From positions 1,152,001 through 1,216,000 of the forward strand of contig CBDDFZ010000002.1 in the NCBI GenBank assembly GCA_965227515.1: 64,000 nt of DNA. Direction: 5' to 3'. The notes beneath the pieces are model-generated. The model ran no database searches. It saw only the letters and a program-made list of their open reading frames with translations, and was not told the DNA's origin. The position numbers and the translations under genes are program-made. Below, in pieces: positions 11,734-22,196 of this stretch (its first letter is position 1; each line of letters starts with the position of its first letter). Source of the DNA: Alphaproteobacteria bacterium (GTDB lineage Bacteria > Pseudomonadota > Alphaproteobacteria > CALKHQ01).

Positions 11734-12522
11734 ATGCACCCCGTCACCAGCCTGCAGAACCCGACGATCAAGCTCCTGCGCGGGCTCAGCCAGCGCAAGC
11801 TCAGGCGAAGAGCGAACCTGTTCCTGGCCGAGGGCGCCAAGGTGGTGGCGACTGCCCGCGACCGGGGCTGGACGCCGCAATACCTGGTCTGCGATGCGGG
11901 GACCGCCGAGCGCGGCATCGTCGCCGAACTGGCGGCCTGGGCGGAGGGGGCAGGCGCGCAATGCCTGGCGGTGCCGCGCGCGGTGCTCTCCACCCTCACC
12001 ACCAAGGACAACCCGCAGACAGTCGTGGCCGCCTTCCAGCCGCGTCATGCCGAGCTGCCGACGGACCCGCCGCCCGATGCGCTGTGGGCGGTGCTCGAGG
12101 GCATTTCCGACCCCGGCAATCTCGGCACCATCGTGCGCACGGTCGACGCGGTCGGCGGCGAGGGCGTGATCCTGGTCGGCGACTGCTGCGACCCCTATTC
12201 GCGCGAGGCGGTGCGCGCCTCCATGGGCTCGATCTTCGCGGTCCAGGTGGCGGCGTGCGACCGCGCCGCGTTCCTGGACTGGCGGGCCGGCTGGCCGGGC
12301 GAGGTCGTCGGCACCCACCTGGCGGCCACCGACAGCTTCAGCCGGGACTATCCGGGCCCGACCCTCATCGTCATGGGTGCGGAGGGGCCGGGCCTGTCGG
12401 ACGAGCTGGCGGCTGCCTGCTCCGCCCTGGTGCGAATCCCCATGGCGGGAGGCGCCGACAGCCTTAACCTGGCCGTCGCCACCGCCCTGATGCTCTACGA
12501 GGCGCGGCGAGGCAAGGTGTAG
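11734..12522 (+). CDS. TrmH/SpoU family RNA methyltransferase
   Basis: SLQNP, DPGNLGTIVRT, VRASMGS, MGAEGPG, IPMAGGADSLNLA. Confidence 0.93.
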   Translation: MHPVTSLQNPTIKLLRGLSQRKLRRRANLFLAEGAKVVATARDRGWTPQYLVCDAGTAERGIVAELAAWAEGAGAQCLAVPRAVLSTLTTKDNPQTVVAAFQPRHAELPTDPPPDALWAVLEGISDPGNLGTIVRTVDAVGGEGVILVGDCCDPYSREAVRASMGSIFAVQVAACDRAAFLDWRAGWPGEVVGTHLAATDSFSRDYPGPTLIVMGAEGPGLSDELAAACSALVRIPMAGGADSLNLAVATALMLYEARRGKV

Positions 12523-12539
12523 GCCCGAAATACCACTTC

Positions 12540-12665
12540 GTCATGCCCGCACTTGTTGCGGGCATCCACGAGATGGCCGCGCAGCGGCCAATTTAAGACG
12601 TGGATGCGCCCTCGGGCTCGGCCGAAGGCCGACCCAAGGACAGGCTCCTCAAGTCCGCGCATGAC
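12540..12665. repeat. Palindromic repeat family C, copy 1, right arm interrupted
   Basis: GTCATGCCCGCACTTGTTGCGGGCATCCACG ... CGTGGATGCGC[insert]AAGTCCGCGCATGAC. Confidence 0.82.
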
Positions 12666-12689
12666 ACGGAGTGAGGGGGCAGCAGCGCG

Positions 12690-13877
12690 CTATGCCGGCA
12701 ATGTACCTGCCAGGTAGTCGATGGCGGCCTGGGCGCCGCCGCGGCCGTGGGCGATGCCGCAGGCCGTCAGCCCGATCTCGGTGGCGGCGAGCGTGCCCAG
12801 CACCATCGGCGCGTTGACGTAGCCCATGTGGGCGATGCGGAACGTCTCCTTGCCCAGTTCGCCGATGCCCGAGCCCAGCACCACACCGCAGGTCTCGTTG
12901 CAGTACTTGATCAGCTGCTTCGGGTCGTGGCCGCCGTCGAGCCGTACGGTTGTCACCGAGTCCGCGCGCTGTTCCGGATTTGCGATGTTGAAGCCGACGT
13001 GGCCGTTCTCGCTCCAGGCGCCGACGGCGCTGCGCACCGCTTCCGCCAGCAGGCGGTGGCGCGCGAAAACGGCGTCGAACCCCTCGGCGAACAGCATGTC
13101 GATGGCCTTCCTGAGCCCGAACAGCAGGTGCTCCGGCGGGGTGCCGCAGTATTTCTGGTAGTGCAGGGGGCCTTCGCGGGCGGTCCAGTCCCAATAGCTG
13201 GTGCGCAGGCCTGCGTGCTCGTGTGCGGCCTTCGCCTTGTCGTTGGCGGCGCAGAAGCTGAGCCCCGGCGGCGTCATCAGGCCCTTCTGCGCGCCGGCGA
13301 CGGTGACGTCGATACGCCACTCATCCATCCGATAGGGCATGGTCGCCAGCGAGGCGATGGTGTCGACCATCAGCAGCGCGTCATGGCCGGCGGCGTCGAT
13401 GGCGCGGCGGATTTCCGGCAGGTCGTTGACCACGCTGGTCATGGTGTCGACCTGCACCACCAGGATCGCCTTGATCCGGCCCTCTGTATCCTTGCGCAGC
13501 GCCTCCTCGACCGCGTTGGGGTCGACGGCGGAGCGCAGGTCGCGCGGCACGGTCTGCACGTCCAGCCCCAGCATCGCCGCCATCTCGCCCCAGCCGCGCG
13601 CGAACCGGCCGCTCTCCAGCACCAGCACCGTGTCGCCCTGGGAGAGCACGTTGGTCAGCGCCGCCTCCCACGCGCCATGGCCGTTGGCGGCGTAGATATA
13701 TGTCTTTCCCGTCGTGCCGATGATCCGCTTCATGTCATCGAGCAGCGAATAGGTCATCTCCTCCAGCGGCCCGCCGTAGATCTCCATCGGCTGGCGGTTC
13801 ATCGCCGCCAGCACCTCGTCGGGCACGGCGGTGGGACCGGGGATGCTCAGGAACTCACGGCCGAAACGCACGGACAT
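12690..13877 (-). CDS. Class V PLP aminotransferase (serine/alanine-glyoxylate aminotransferase-like)
   Basis: FLSIPGPT, ANGHGAWEA, VDTIASL, GAQKGLMTPPGL, FRIAHMG. Confidence 0.9.
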   Translation of the reverse strand: MSVRFGREFLSIPGPTAVPDEVLAAMNRQPMEIYGGPLEEMTYSLLDDMKRIIGTTGKTYIYAANGHGAWEAALTNVLSQGDTVLVLESGRFARGWGEMAAMLGLDVQTVPRDLRSAVDPNAVEEALRKDTEGRIKAILVVQVDTMTSVVNDLPEIRRAIDAAGHDALLMVDTIASLATMPYRMDEWRIDVTVAGAQKGLMTPPGLSFCAANDKAKAAHEHAGLRTSYWDWTAREGPLHYQKYCGTPPEHLLFGLRKAIDMLFAEGFDAVFARHRLLAEAVRSAVGAWSENGHVGFNIANPEQRADSVTTVRLDGGHDPKQLIKYCNETCGVVLGSGIGELGKETFRIAHMGYVNAPMVLGTLAATEIGLTACGIAHGRGGAQAAIDYLAGTLPA

Positions 13878-13890
13878 TGCAGGCTTCCTA

Positions 13891-14964
13891 TTAGGACTTG
13901 GATGGATCGAGGTCGAATGGCTCGCCGGTACGGATCGACCATTCGGCGGCCGCACCCATCATCACTGCCCGGCGCCCGTCGTCCACTGTGACCCGTGGTC
14001 GCCCACCGCCGCGCACCATGTCGGCGAAGGCCTGGTGCTGGAAATAGGTGGCGCCGTGGTGGTTGCCGGCCGCCATCACATCATGGTCGACGGGGATGGT
14101 GCGGGTGGTGCAGGCGCCGGTCTTGCGCTCGCCCAGGATCACCGTCGACGACGGCACGCCGCACTCCACCTTGCCGACGTCGCCGGTGGCGGCGATCTCC
14201 TGCTCGTCGCGCGAGCCTTCCGCGAACATGCACAGGTCCAGCATCGCACGCACGCCATTGGCGAAGTCCACCACCACGAAGGCGTTGTCGACGATATCCG
14301 GCACCTCGCCGTCATAGCGCTCGTCCAGGTGGTTCACGTCTTGCGCGCCGGAGGCATAGAGGCGGACCGGCTCGGCGCCGACGATCAGGCGCATCAGGTC
14401 GAAGAAGTGGCAGCACTTCTCCACCATGGTGCCGCCGGTGTTGCGCGCGAACCGGTTCCAGTCGCCGACTTTTTGCAGGAACGGGTAGCGGTGCTCGCGG
14501 ATCGCCAGCATGCGCAGGCGGCCGATGTCGCCGCCGCGCACATGGTCGATCAGGGCGGCGACCGGCGGCATGTAGCGGTACTCCATCGCCACCCACACTG
14601 GCGCCGGCGCGTTGGCCGCCAGGGCGACGATGCGGTCGCAGTCGGCCAAGGTGGTGCACATCGGCTTTTCGACCAGTACCGGCTTGCCGGCGGCGAGCAC
14701 ATCCTCCAGCACCGCCGCGTGGGTGTGGTTGGGTGCCGCGATGACGTAGGCGTCGGCGAGATCGGCCGACAACAGCTCGCCATGGTTGGTAAAGGCGCGA
14801 GTCTCGCCGCCGGCCAGCGTCGTTGCCTGGTGGCGCATGCCCTCGTCGGGGTCGGCCACCGCCGTCACCCGCGCACCGGGCAGCAGCGCCAGATTGCGGA
14901 TGTGCTCCTGGCCCATGTTGCCGGCGCCGATGATGGCGTAGCGAAGGGGTGCGGCGTCGGTCAT
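13891..14964 (-). CDS. Gfo/Idh/MocA family oxidoreductase
   Basis: IIGAGNMG, PNHTH, LVEKP, EKCCHFFD. Confidence 0.9.
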   Translation of the reverse strand: MTDAAPLRYAIIGAGNMGQEHIRNLALLPGARVTAVADPDEGMRHQATTLAGGETRAFTNHGELLSADLADAYVIAAPNHTHAAVLEDVLAAGKPVLVEKPMCTTLADCDRIVALAANAPAPVWVAMEYRYMPPVAALIDHVRGGDIGRLRMLAIREHRYPFLQKVGDWNRFARNTGGTMVEKCCHFFDLMRLIVGAEPVRLYASGAQDVNHLDERYDGEVPDIVDNAFVVVDFANGVRAMLDLCMFAEGSRDEQEIAATGDVGKVECGVPSSTVILGERKTGACTTRTIPVDHDVMAAGNHHGATYFQHQAFADMVRGGGRPRVTVDDGRRAVMMGAAAEWSIRTGEPFDLDPSKS

Positions 14965-15046
14965 GCGGCCGTGGTCGTGTTGGTGTGTTTCCGAGGGGCC
15001 ATCTGCGCCATTCGGCCCCGGAAGTAAAGCGGCGCGAGCGGACAGG

Positions 15047-15901
15047 TCAGACTTTCGCCTCGGTTTCTCGCGATGCGCCGTCGGGGGTTGGGCACAGGCG
15101 GTCGCCTGTCCGCTCAGCCTCGTGCACCCGTTCGGCCAGAACGCGGTAGTCGTCCAGCGACGTGCGGACGATGCCCTCGATCATCAATGCGTCGCGGGTG
15201 GAGGCATCGAGGTCGCGAATGGCGGCGGCTACCGCTGCGAAGATGACGTCAATGTCAGCGCGTTTAGGGCTGGACGCGGTGATCATCGGCAGGCCTGGTG
15301 TCGGCGGTGTCTGCGCCAGCACCCGCAGCTTGGCGGCTGCCGGCTCGTGCCGCACCCCGAGTGCCCAGGAGACGCAATCGATGGCGGCGACATCGGCCGA
15401 GCCGTCCGCCACCGCCTGGATCGACCCGCGATGCGCACCGGTGTGCACGCCTTCTGCGAACACAGGCCCGTCCTTGGCCAAGCGCTCCAGCACCGGCAGC
15501 AGTGCGGCATAGCCCGATTGCGAGCCAGTGTGGTTGTAGGCAAGGCGGCGGCCGGCGACGTCCTCTATGGCGGTCGCGGGGTCGTCGTCGCGGACCACCA
15601 CCATGCTGCAATAGGTGCCGGGTTCGCAGCCGGCGGCAGCGTATGTCGGCGTGCCGACGACTGCGACGTGGCGGTGCAGGCCTTGCGCCAGCGGCAGGCC
15701 GCAGGTCTGGCCCAGCAACAGGCGTTCCGAGCGCCACCCTGCATCCTCGTCGAGGGTGCGGTCCAGGCGATCCGGTGCGTCGATGCCAATCGCGTGCAAC
15801 CGCGTGGCGATCAGTTTCCAGAAGGTGTCGTGGGCGTCCCTGACCTCCGGCCAGTCGTACATCGGCAGCGCGGCGATGGCCGGACCCGTGTCGGCTTGCA
15901 T
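15047..15901 (-). CDS. PhnD/SsuA-like binding-fold protein without evident signal peptide
   Basis: LPMYD, QTCGLP, SQSG, TGAH..S, AAIDCV, PGLP; TGATG overlap with desaturase stop. Confidence 0.82.
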   Translation of the reverse strand: MQADTGPAIAALPMYDWPEVRDAHDTFWKLIATRLHAIGIDAPDRLDRTLDEDAGWRSERLLLGQTCGLPLAQGLHRHVAVVGTPTYAAAGCEPGTYCSMVVVRDDDPATAIEDVAGRRLAYNHTGSQSGYAALLPVLERLAKDGPVFAEGVHTGAHRGSIQAVADGSADVAAIDCVSWALGVRHEPAAAKLRVLAQTPPTPGLPMITASSPKRADIDVIFAAVAAAIRDLDASTRDALMIEGIVRTSLDDYRVLAERVHEAERTGDRLCPTPDGASRETEAKV

Positions 15902-16845
15902 CACCCGGCGGCGCAGTGCGGATGGACCACCGGTTCCTTGGCGCGCCACAGATGGCGCCGGGCCACCGCCCAATAGGACGGGTAGACGTAGCCGTCATTG
16001 CCGACGAGCACCTGTGCGCGATGGGCGCGATAGTGCGCCGGCAGCGCGTACCACGGCATGCGCGGGTGCGCGTGGTGCACCGCGTGCAAGTTGTTGTGCA
16101 GGTAAAGCCAGGCCAGTGGCCCGTTGCTTTCGACGATCACGGTCCGTGCTCCGTGACGGGGGTCGGCGCGGTGCTCCGCGTAGGAGCGCACCATCACCAG
16201 CGACATTGCCGCATAGGCACTGACAGCGTAGGCCCACGGCGGCACGCTGCCAACCAGCGCGATCGCCGTCACGACAGGGGCAAGGGCCGCTGCGTGGATG
16301 CCCCAGGCGGTCAGCGTGGCGCGGTCGCCGGCCAGCATCGCGCGCACCTCAACGGGATAGAAGCGGACCAGGAAGATCGCCGGACCCAGCGCCATCCGCC
16401 CGGCAAGCGTGTTACTGGCGCGATAGACCAGCCGGGCGAGCGCGCCGCAGCGATGCCAGTCCTGGGGCGCGAGATAGAAGCTCTCCGGATCGCGGGCCGG
16501 GTCGGTCAGGTCGCCGCACGCGTGGTGGCGCAGATGGATCGCGCGGTAGCGCCGATACGGCAGGAACAGCCCGAGCGGCACACCGGCGATCCATTCGTTC
16601 AGGCCGCGCCGCCGAAACGGGTGCCCGTGGATCGCCTCATGCTGCAGCGAGCTGTGCAGCGCGATGGAGATGGCGAGCAGCGGGACGGCCAACCAGACGC
16701 CGATCTGGCCGGAGAAGGCAACGATGCCCACCCACGCGGCATAGTTTGAAGCCAATAGCAGAATGGTGGGCCATTCGGGGCGGCGGGCTGCTCCCTCGCG
16801 GCTCGGGCGCGGCTGCGCGGCGGGCGTTATTCTCGAAAATGTCAT
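15901..16845 (-). CDS. Membrane fatty acid desaturase family protein
   Basis: His boxes HEAIHGH, HLRHH, EH and HAVHH, plus TM segments. Confidence 0.9.
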   Translation of the reverse strand: MTFSRITPAAQPRPSREGAARRPEWPTILLLASNYAAWVGIVAFSGQIGVWLAVPLLAISIALHSSLQHEAIHGHPFRRRGLNEWIAGVPLGLFLPYRRYRAIHLRHHACGDLTDPARDPESFYLAPQDWHRCGALARLVYRASNTLAGRMALGPAIFLVRFYPVEVRAMLAGDRATLTAWGIHAAALAPVVTAIALVGSVPPWAYAVSAYAAMSLVMVRSYAEHRADPRHGARTVIVESNGPLAWLYLHNNLHAVHHAHPRMPWYALPAHYRAHRAQVLVGNDGYVYPSYWAVARRHLWRAKEPVVHPHCAAG

Positions 16846-17033
16846 TGGGCATCGCTGTCGTTCGTACTGACAGCAACTGACATTTTCGGCCCGCCGGATT
16901 GCAACTTGTTAATCTGCTATCGTTTGTGACATTTCGCGCCGGAAATACAGAAATCGTGATATTGCTGAGTTATTGGGATGTTTCACACGCATGATGTGAA
17001 TTCACAACGCCCTACATTTCATCGGGAGACGGC

Positions 17034-17912
17034 ATGGACGGCGCGACTTCCACGGACGATGGCAGCGGCGGCCGGATCGACAAGCGCGACCTTGCCAAGG
17101 TGTTCAAGGAGCGGCTGGCGACCCTGGTCGGCCGGCACGACGGCAACCTGTCGCGCTTTGCCGACCGCGCCGGTGTCGACCGCTCGGCGCTGAGCCAGTT
17201 CCTGGCCGAGGAGACCACTCGGTTGCCGCGTGCCGAGACCCTGGCCCGGATCGCGGCGGCCCATGGGGTCAGCCTGGACTGGCTGCTGGGACTGAGCCAG
17301 AGCGAGGCGGAACTGGCCGAGGTGGCGCCGACGCTGGAGTTCGAGCATTGGCACGGGCCGGGCGAGGACGCGCAGCTCGCGCGCTGGCACCGCGAGGCGC
17401 TGGGCTACAAGATCCGCTACGTCCCGGCCACGGTGCCCGACCTGCTGCGCCACGAGGATTTGACCGCCTACGAATTCCGTTTGGCGACGCCGGCGGAGCG
17501 GGAGTCGCAATCCACCCACGCGCGGCGGCAGCTCGACTATTCGCGCCGGCCGGAAACCGACATGGAAGTCTGCATGCCGATGCAGACCCTGGACCACATC
17601 GCGCGGGGCGAGGGCCAGTGGTCGGACCTGGATGCCGCCACCCGCCGCGCCCAGCTTGAGCTGATGGCCGGTCTGCTGGGCGACCTCTACCCGACGCTGC
17701 GTCTGTTTCTGTACGACGCGCGCAAGGTCTACTCCGCCGCCTACACCATTTTCGGGCCACTGCGCGCGGCGGTGTTCCTGGGCCGCGCCTACATCGTGGT
17801 CAACGCCGTCGAGCACATCCGCTCGCTGATCCAGCATTTCGACGACCTGATCCGCCATGCCGAGATCGGGCCGGACCGCACCGTCGACTACATCCGCAAG
17901 ACCTGGTTGTAG
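17034..17912 (+). CDS. XRE-family HTH transcriptional regulator with C-terminal domain
   Basis: FADRAGVDRSALSQ...RLPRAETL...VSLDWLLG HTH; divergent from the desaturase. Confidence 0.85.
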   Translation: MDGATSTDDGSGGRIDKRDLAKVFKERLATLVGRHDGNLSRFADRAGVDRSALSQFLAEETTRLPRAETLARIAAAHGVSLDWLLGLSQSEAELAEVAPTLEFEHWHGPGEDAQLARWHREALGYKIRYVPATVPDLLRHEDLTAYEFRLATPAERESQSTHARRQLDYSRRPETDMEVCMPMQTLDHIARGEGQWSDLDAATRRAQLELMAGLLGDLYPTLRLFLYDARKVYSAAYTIFGPLRAAVFLGRAYIVVNAVEHIRSLIQHFDDLIRHAEIGPDRTVDYIRKTWL

Positions 17913-18020
17913 GCGGTGCGGCGCGCCAGTCGCCGGCCCCTCTACACACACATGACGTCCTCGCCCTTTTAGCTGCGGTAATCGCACGCCTCAAAGCCAG
18001 TACTCTGACCACCAGACATC

Positions 18021-18191
18021 GTCGCCCTCGCGCTTGTCGCGAGGGCCCATTTGTGGGGCGGGCTGGAGCTATTTCGGGGGTGGCGCCCAGAGTCGGCCCA
18101 GCAAATTTGACGGTTGCCCACCAAGGCGGCAATTCTCCTCTACCCATTGGCGTATTGGACGAAAATGGGCCCTCGCCACAAGGGCGAGGGC
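18021..18191. repeat. Palindromic repeat family B, copy 2
   Basis: GTCGCCCTCGCGCTTGTCGCGAGGGCCCAT ... ATGGGCCCTCGCCACAAGGGCGAGGGC. Confidence 0.85.
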
Positions 18192-18218
18192 ATCGAAGGC
18201 GGGGGTGAATGGCGCAGC

Positions 18219-19595
18219 CTAGCGGCTCGGGGTTACGTCGGTGCCCGGCTCCTGGGTTTCCTCGCGCTTGATCTCCTGGGCCAGCGCATCGGCGAACACC
18301 CGGCTGTCGGCCGCCATGCTGCCGCTGGGGAACGGATAGAGCGTCGGGTCGGAGTAGTAGAGCGCCCGGCTCTCCACCGCGAACACGTGCAACTCGCCAT
18401 CGACGTCGATGAGGAACGGCGAGCCGCTGTCGCCCGGCGTGGTGTCGCACTGGTGCAGCACGCCGCCATCCTGCAGGAACTCGACCACGCGGCAGCCGTA
18501 GTTGGCGGAAATCCGCCGGCGCGTGTCCCAGCTATAGCCGGCCTGCTGGACCAGCAAGCCTTCGCGCATCACAGCCGCTTCGTCGTCTGGCGTGATCACA
18601 TGCACCGGCACGGTGCCGGCGATATCGCCGATGTCGTCCTGCAGGATGACGAAGGCCCAGTCGTGACGGCCGCGGCCGACCGCATCGTTCTGGTGGATGT
18701 AGTCCGGGCTTACCACCACACGCACCGCGGGCGATCGCGCGACCTCGGTGTCGCCCGCGAAACCGGCGGCGAAGAAGCTCGGCACGTTGATGCGGTCGTC
18801 GTCGTCGATCACGCAGTGGGCGGCGGTCAGCACGATGTTGCGGTGGACCAGGGTGCCGCTGCAGCCGGGTGCCAGGAAGCCGACGGCGCTCCAGGGGTAG
18901 GTCGTGGAATCGGGGATGTAGCGGTCGTCGCGCCCGAAATAGTGATCGGGGTGCGCCGGCAGCCGCGCGCGCCCGACGCAGTCGGCGGTGTCGCTGCCGT
19001 CGTCGCACCGGCCGGTGCCGCCCGGCTCGTCGCAGATGCCGTCATAGGAGGTCAGGCAGGTGTTGTCGCGGTGGTAGAACTCGCCCAACAGGGCGCAGTC
19101 GGTGGCGTCGGTGCCGCGCGCGCACTGGTAGCGGTAGTCGCCGATGAACACCTCGTCGCACGAGCCGTTGTTGCCCATGGACGCGTCGTAGACAACGCCG
19201 TGCTCGTCGAACTGCAGCTCGCCGCCATAGACCACGGCGCAGTCGTCATTGGGGCCCTGGTAGGCGACGGCACAATCGTTGGCGTCGCTGCCATCGTCGC
19301 AGACCATGGAGCCGCCGAAGCTCACCTCGTCGCATTCGCCGTCGTTGAAGTAGCGGCACGTGCCGTCGGCGCGGTTGTCGGGCACTGCCTGGCGCACGCC
19401 GCTGCCGCCCGGATCGCGCTCCTGCACGAAGAAGCCGCCGCCCAGCAAGCACGCGCGCAGGGTATCGACCGACTGGCACATCAAGCCGTTCGTGCCAGTC
19501 GATGGGGCGACCGCATCCACCACTGGTTCGCTGGCCATCGCCACTGGCGCGCTGGCCACCCCCATGCCCAGCACTGCCAAAATTAACAGACGCAT
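18219..19595 (-). CDS. Secreted trypsin-like serine protease with three N-terminal Cys-rich repeats
   Basis: Signal peptide; catalytic motifs LTAAHC, HDWA, GDSGSP; repeats C-x4-DG-x-CDE...C-x2-G[ST]D-x2-DC. Confidence 0.88.
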   Translation of the reverse strand: MRLLILAVLGMGVASAPVAMASEPVVDAVAPSTGTNGLMCQSVDTLRACLLGGGFFVQERDPGGSGVRQAVPDNRADGTCRYFNDGECDEVSFGGSMVCDDGSDANDCAVAYQGPNDDCAVVYGGELQFDEHGVVYDASMGNNGSCDEVFIGDYRYQCARGTDATDCALLGEFYHRDNTCLTSYDGICDEPGGTGRCDDGSDTADCVGRARLPAHPDHYFGRDDRYIPDSTTYPWSAVGFLAPGCSGTLVHRNIVLTAAHCVIDDDDRINVPSFFAAGFAGDTEVARSPAVRVVVSPDYIHQNDAVGRGRHDWAFVILQDDIGDIAGTVPVHVITPDDEAAVMREGLLVQQAGYSWDTRRRISANYGCRVVEFLQDGGVLHQCDTTPGDSGSPFLIDVDGELHVFAVESRALYYSDPTLYPFPSGSMAADSRVFADALAQEIKREETQEPGTDVTPSR

Positions 19596-19830
19596 CAATC
19601 CCTCCTGTCGACAGTTGCGCCCTGCAGCCCTGCGTTTCGCGACCGCCCAATCTTTCGCAGTTTCCGCCTGTGTTCAACCGGTAACAGCCAGTTTCCTGGG
19701 GCTGCGGCGCCCGCACGGTTGCCAAACCGCGCGCATTGCTGGTACGCCCATGCCGCCGCGCGCCGTGGCGCAAGAAAAACCGCCGCATCCGTGGCGGCGC
19801 GGCAGGTTAGGGGCTGGGGAGGCCGGATCA

Positions 19831-21996
19831 TTGACAGACAGAGTTGAAGCGGGCGGCCTGGCCGTCGAGCGTGTTCTCTACGACTTCATCAACGACGAGG
19901 CGCTGCCCGGCACCGGCGTGGCGCAGGACCGGTTCTGGGACGCGCTGGGCACCCTGATCCACGACCTCGCCCCGCGCAACCGCGAACTGCTGGCCCTGCG
20001 CGACGAATTGCAGGCGAAGATCGACGCCTGGCATCAGGAGCATCGCGGGCCCGGCTTCGACGCCGCCGCCTACAAGGCATTCCTGCAGGAAATCGGCTAT
20101 CTGGTGCCCGACCCCGGCGACGTGCAGGCGCGCACCGCCAATGTCGACCCCGAGTTCTCCACCATCGCCGGGCCGCAGCTCGTGGTGCCGGTGTCCAACG
20201 CCCGCTATGCGCTGAACGCCGCCAACGCGCGCTGGGGCAGCCTCTACGATGCGCTTTACGGCACCGACGCCATCGCCCACGACGATGACGAGAAGCCCGG
20301 CTATGACCCCGCCCGTGGCGCCAAGGTGATTGCCTACGCCCGTGGCGTGCTGAACGACGTGGTGCCGCTGGCCGCCGGCACTCACCGCGATGCCGAGCAC
20401 TACATGGTGCGCAACGGATCGCTGGTCGTCGGCCTGCGCAACGGTGCTGAATCGGCGCTGGTCGATTCCGGCGGTTTCGTTGGCTACACCGGGTCGGCCG
20501 ACGATCCCGACAGCATCCTGTTCCGCCACCACGACCTGCACATCGAGGTGGTGTTCGACCGCGAGCATCCGATCGGCAAGACCGACCCCGCCGGCATCGC
20601 CGACGTGGTGATGGAAGCCGCGATCACCACCATCATGGACTGCGAGGACAGCGTCGCGGCGGTCGATGCCGAGGACAAGGTCGGCGTCTACCGCAACTGG
20701 CTGGGCCTGATGAAGGGCGATCTGGTCGCCACCTTCCAGAAGGGCGGCCAGACCGTCGAGCGGCACCTGAACCCGGACCGCAGCTACAGCGCGCCGGCCG
20801 GCGGCACGCTGACCCTGCCCGGCCGCAGCATGATGCTGGTGCGTAATGTCGGCCACCTGATGACCAACCCGGCGGTGCTGGACAAGGACGGCAACGAGGC
20901 GCCCGAGGGCCTGCTCGACGCCATGATCACGTCGCTGATCGCCAAGCACGACCTGGCGAAAACAGATGGCATCAGGAACAGCCGCGCCGGCTCGGTCTAC
21001 ATCGTGAAGCCGAAGCAGCACGGGCCGGACGAGGTCGCCTTCACCAACGAGATCTTCGGCCGGGTGGAGGACGCGCTCGGCATCGAGCGCTTCGCCCTGA
21101 AGATGGGCATCATGGACGAGGAGCGGCGCACCACCATCAATCTCAAGTCCTGCATCGCCGCCGCCGCAGACCGGGTGGTGTTCATCAATACGGGCTTCCT
21201 GGACCGCACCGGCGACGAGATGCACACCTCGATGGAAGCCGGCGCCATGATCCGCAAGGGCGACATGAAGTCGGCCCCCTGGATCCAGGCATACGAGGAT
21301 CGCAATGTCGATGTCGGGCTCGCCTGCGGGCTGATGGGCAAGGCGCAGATCGGCAAGGGCATGTGGGCGATGCCGGACCTGATGGCCGACATGCTGGAGG
21401 CGAAGATCGGCCATCCGAAGTCGGGTGCCAACACCGCCTGGGTGCCGTCGCCGACCGCCGCCACCCTGCACGCGCTGCACTACCACAAGGTCGACGTGAT
21501 CGAGCGCCAGCTCGAGCTGCGCGACCGGCCGATGGCCTCGGTCGACACCATCCTGTCGATCCCGGTGGCCGAGCGGCCGAATTGGACGCCGGCCGACATC
21601 CAGCAGGAGCTGGACAACAACGCCCAGGGTATCCTCGGCTACGTGGTGCGCTGGGTCGACCAGGGCGTCGGCTGCTCCAAGGTGCCGGATATCAACGACG
21701 TCGGCTTGATGGAGGACCGCGCAACCCTGCGCATCTCCAGCCAGCACATCGCCAACTGGCTGCACCACGGCATCTGCTCGCCCGACCAGGTGATGGAGAC
21801 GATGAAGCGGATGGCGAAGGTGGTGGACGGCCAGAACGCCGGCGACCCGGCCTACAAGCCGATGGCCGACGACTATGACGGCTCGGTCGCGTTCCAGGCC
21901 GCCTGCGATCTGGTGTTCAAGGGCCGCGAGCAGCCCAACGGCTACACCGAGCCGATCCTGCACCGCCGCCGCCTGGAGGCGAAGGCACGGGGGTAG
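19831..21996 (+). CDS. glcB: Malate synthase G
   Basis: [65 protein letters not shown]; TTG start after GGAGG. Confidence 0.96.
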   Translation: MTDRVEAGGLAVERVLYDFINDEALPGTGVAQDRFWDALGTLIHDLAPRNRELLALRDELQAKIDAWHQEHRGPGFDAAAYKAFLQEIGYLVPDPGDVQARTANVDPEFSTIAGPQLVVPVSNARYALNAANARWGSLYDALYGTDAIAHDDDEKPGYDPARGAKVIAYARGVLNDVVPLAAGTHRDAEHYMVRNGSLVVGLRNGAESALVDSGGFVGYTGSADDPDSILFRHHDLHIEVVFDREHPIGKTDPAGIADVVMEAAITTIMDCEDSVAAVDAEDKVGVYRNWLGLMKGDLVATFQKGGQTVERHLNPDRSYSAPAGGTLTLPGRSMMLVRNVGHLMTNPAVLDKDGNEAPEGLLDAMITSLIAKHDLAKTDGIRNSRAGSVYIVKPKQHGPDEVAFTNEIFGRVEDALGIERFALKMGIMDEERRTTINLKSCIAAAADRVVFINTGFLDRTGDEMHTSMEAGAMIRKGDMKSAPWIQAYEDRNVDVGLACGLMGKAQIGKGMWAMPDLMADMLEAKIGHPKSGANTAWVPSPTAATLHALHYHKVDVIERQLELRDRPMASVDTILSIPVAERPNWTPADIQQELDNNAQGILGYVVRWVDQGVGCSKVPDINDVGLMEDRATLRISSQHIANWLHHGICSPDQVMETMKRMAKVVDGQNAGDPAYKPMADDYDGSVAFQAACDLVFKGREQPNGYTEPILHRRRLEAKARG

Positions 21997-22011
21997 GAGA
22001 TTTCTTGCTGC

Positions 22012-22176
22012 GTCGTCCTCGCCCTTGTGGCGAGGACCCATTCGTGTCCAATGCGCCAGCTGACAATGGGTGATTCGCGATGTCGGATGGATCTTGTTGG
22101 ACCCGCGCTCTTTGCCATGAGGGTATCGTTCGCGCATGCCAAGTGCATGGGCCCTCGCCACAAGGGCGAGGGCGAC
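22012..22176. repeat. Palindromic repeat family B, copy 3
   Basis: GTCGTCCTCGCCCTTGTGGCGAGGACCCAT ... ATGGGCCCTCGCCACAAGGGCGAGGGCGAC. Confidence 0.88.
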
Positions 22177-22196
22177 AAGTGAGGGTGGCATAGGCG

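Noticed and set aside
19360-19830. 157-aa N-terminal extension of malate synthase G
   Set aside because: It overlaps the divergent protease gene; homology begins at TTG 19831, which has an RBS.
7967-21996. Serine-cycle methylotrophy cluster (glyA, class V aminotransferase, glcB)
   Set aside because: Genes are not contiguous, and hprA, mtkAB, mcl and ppc are absent.
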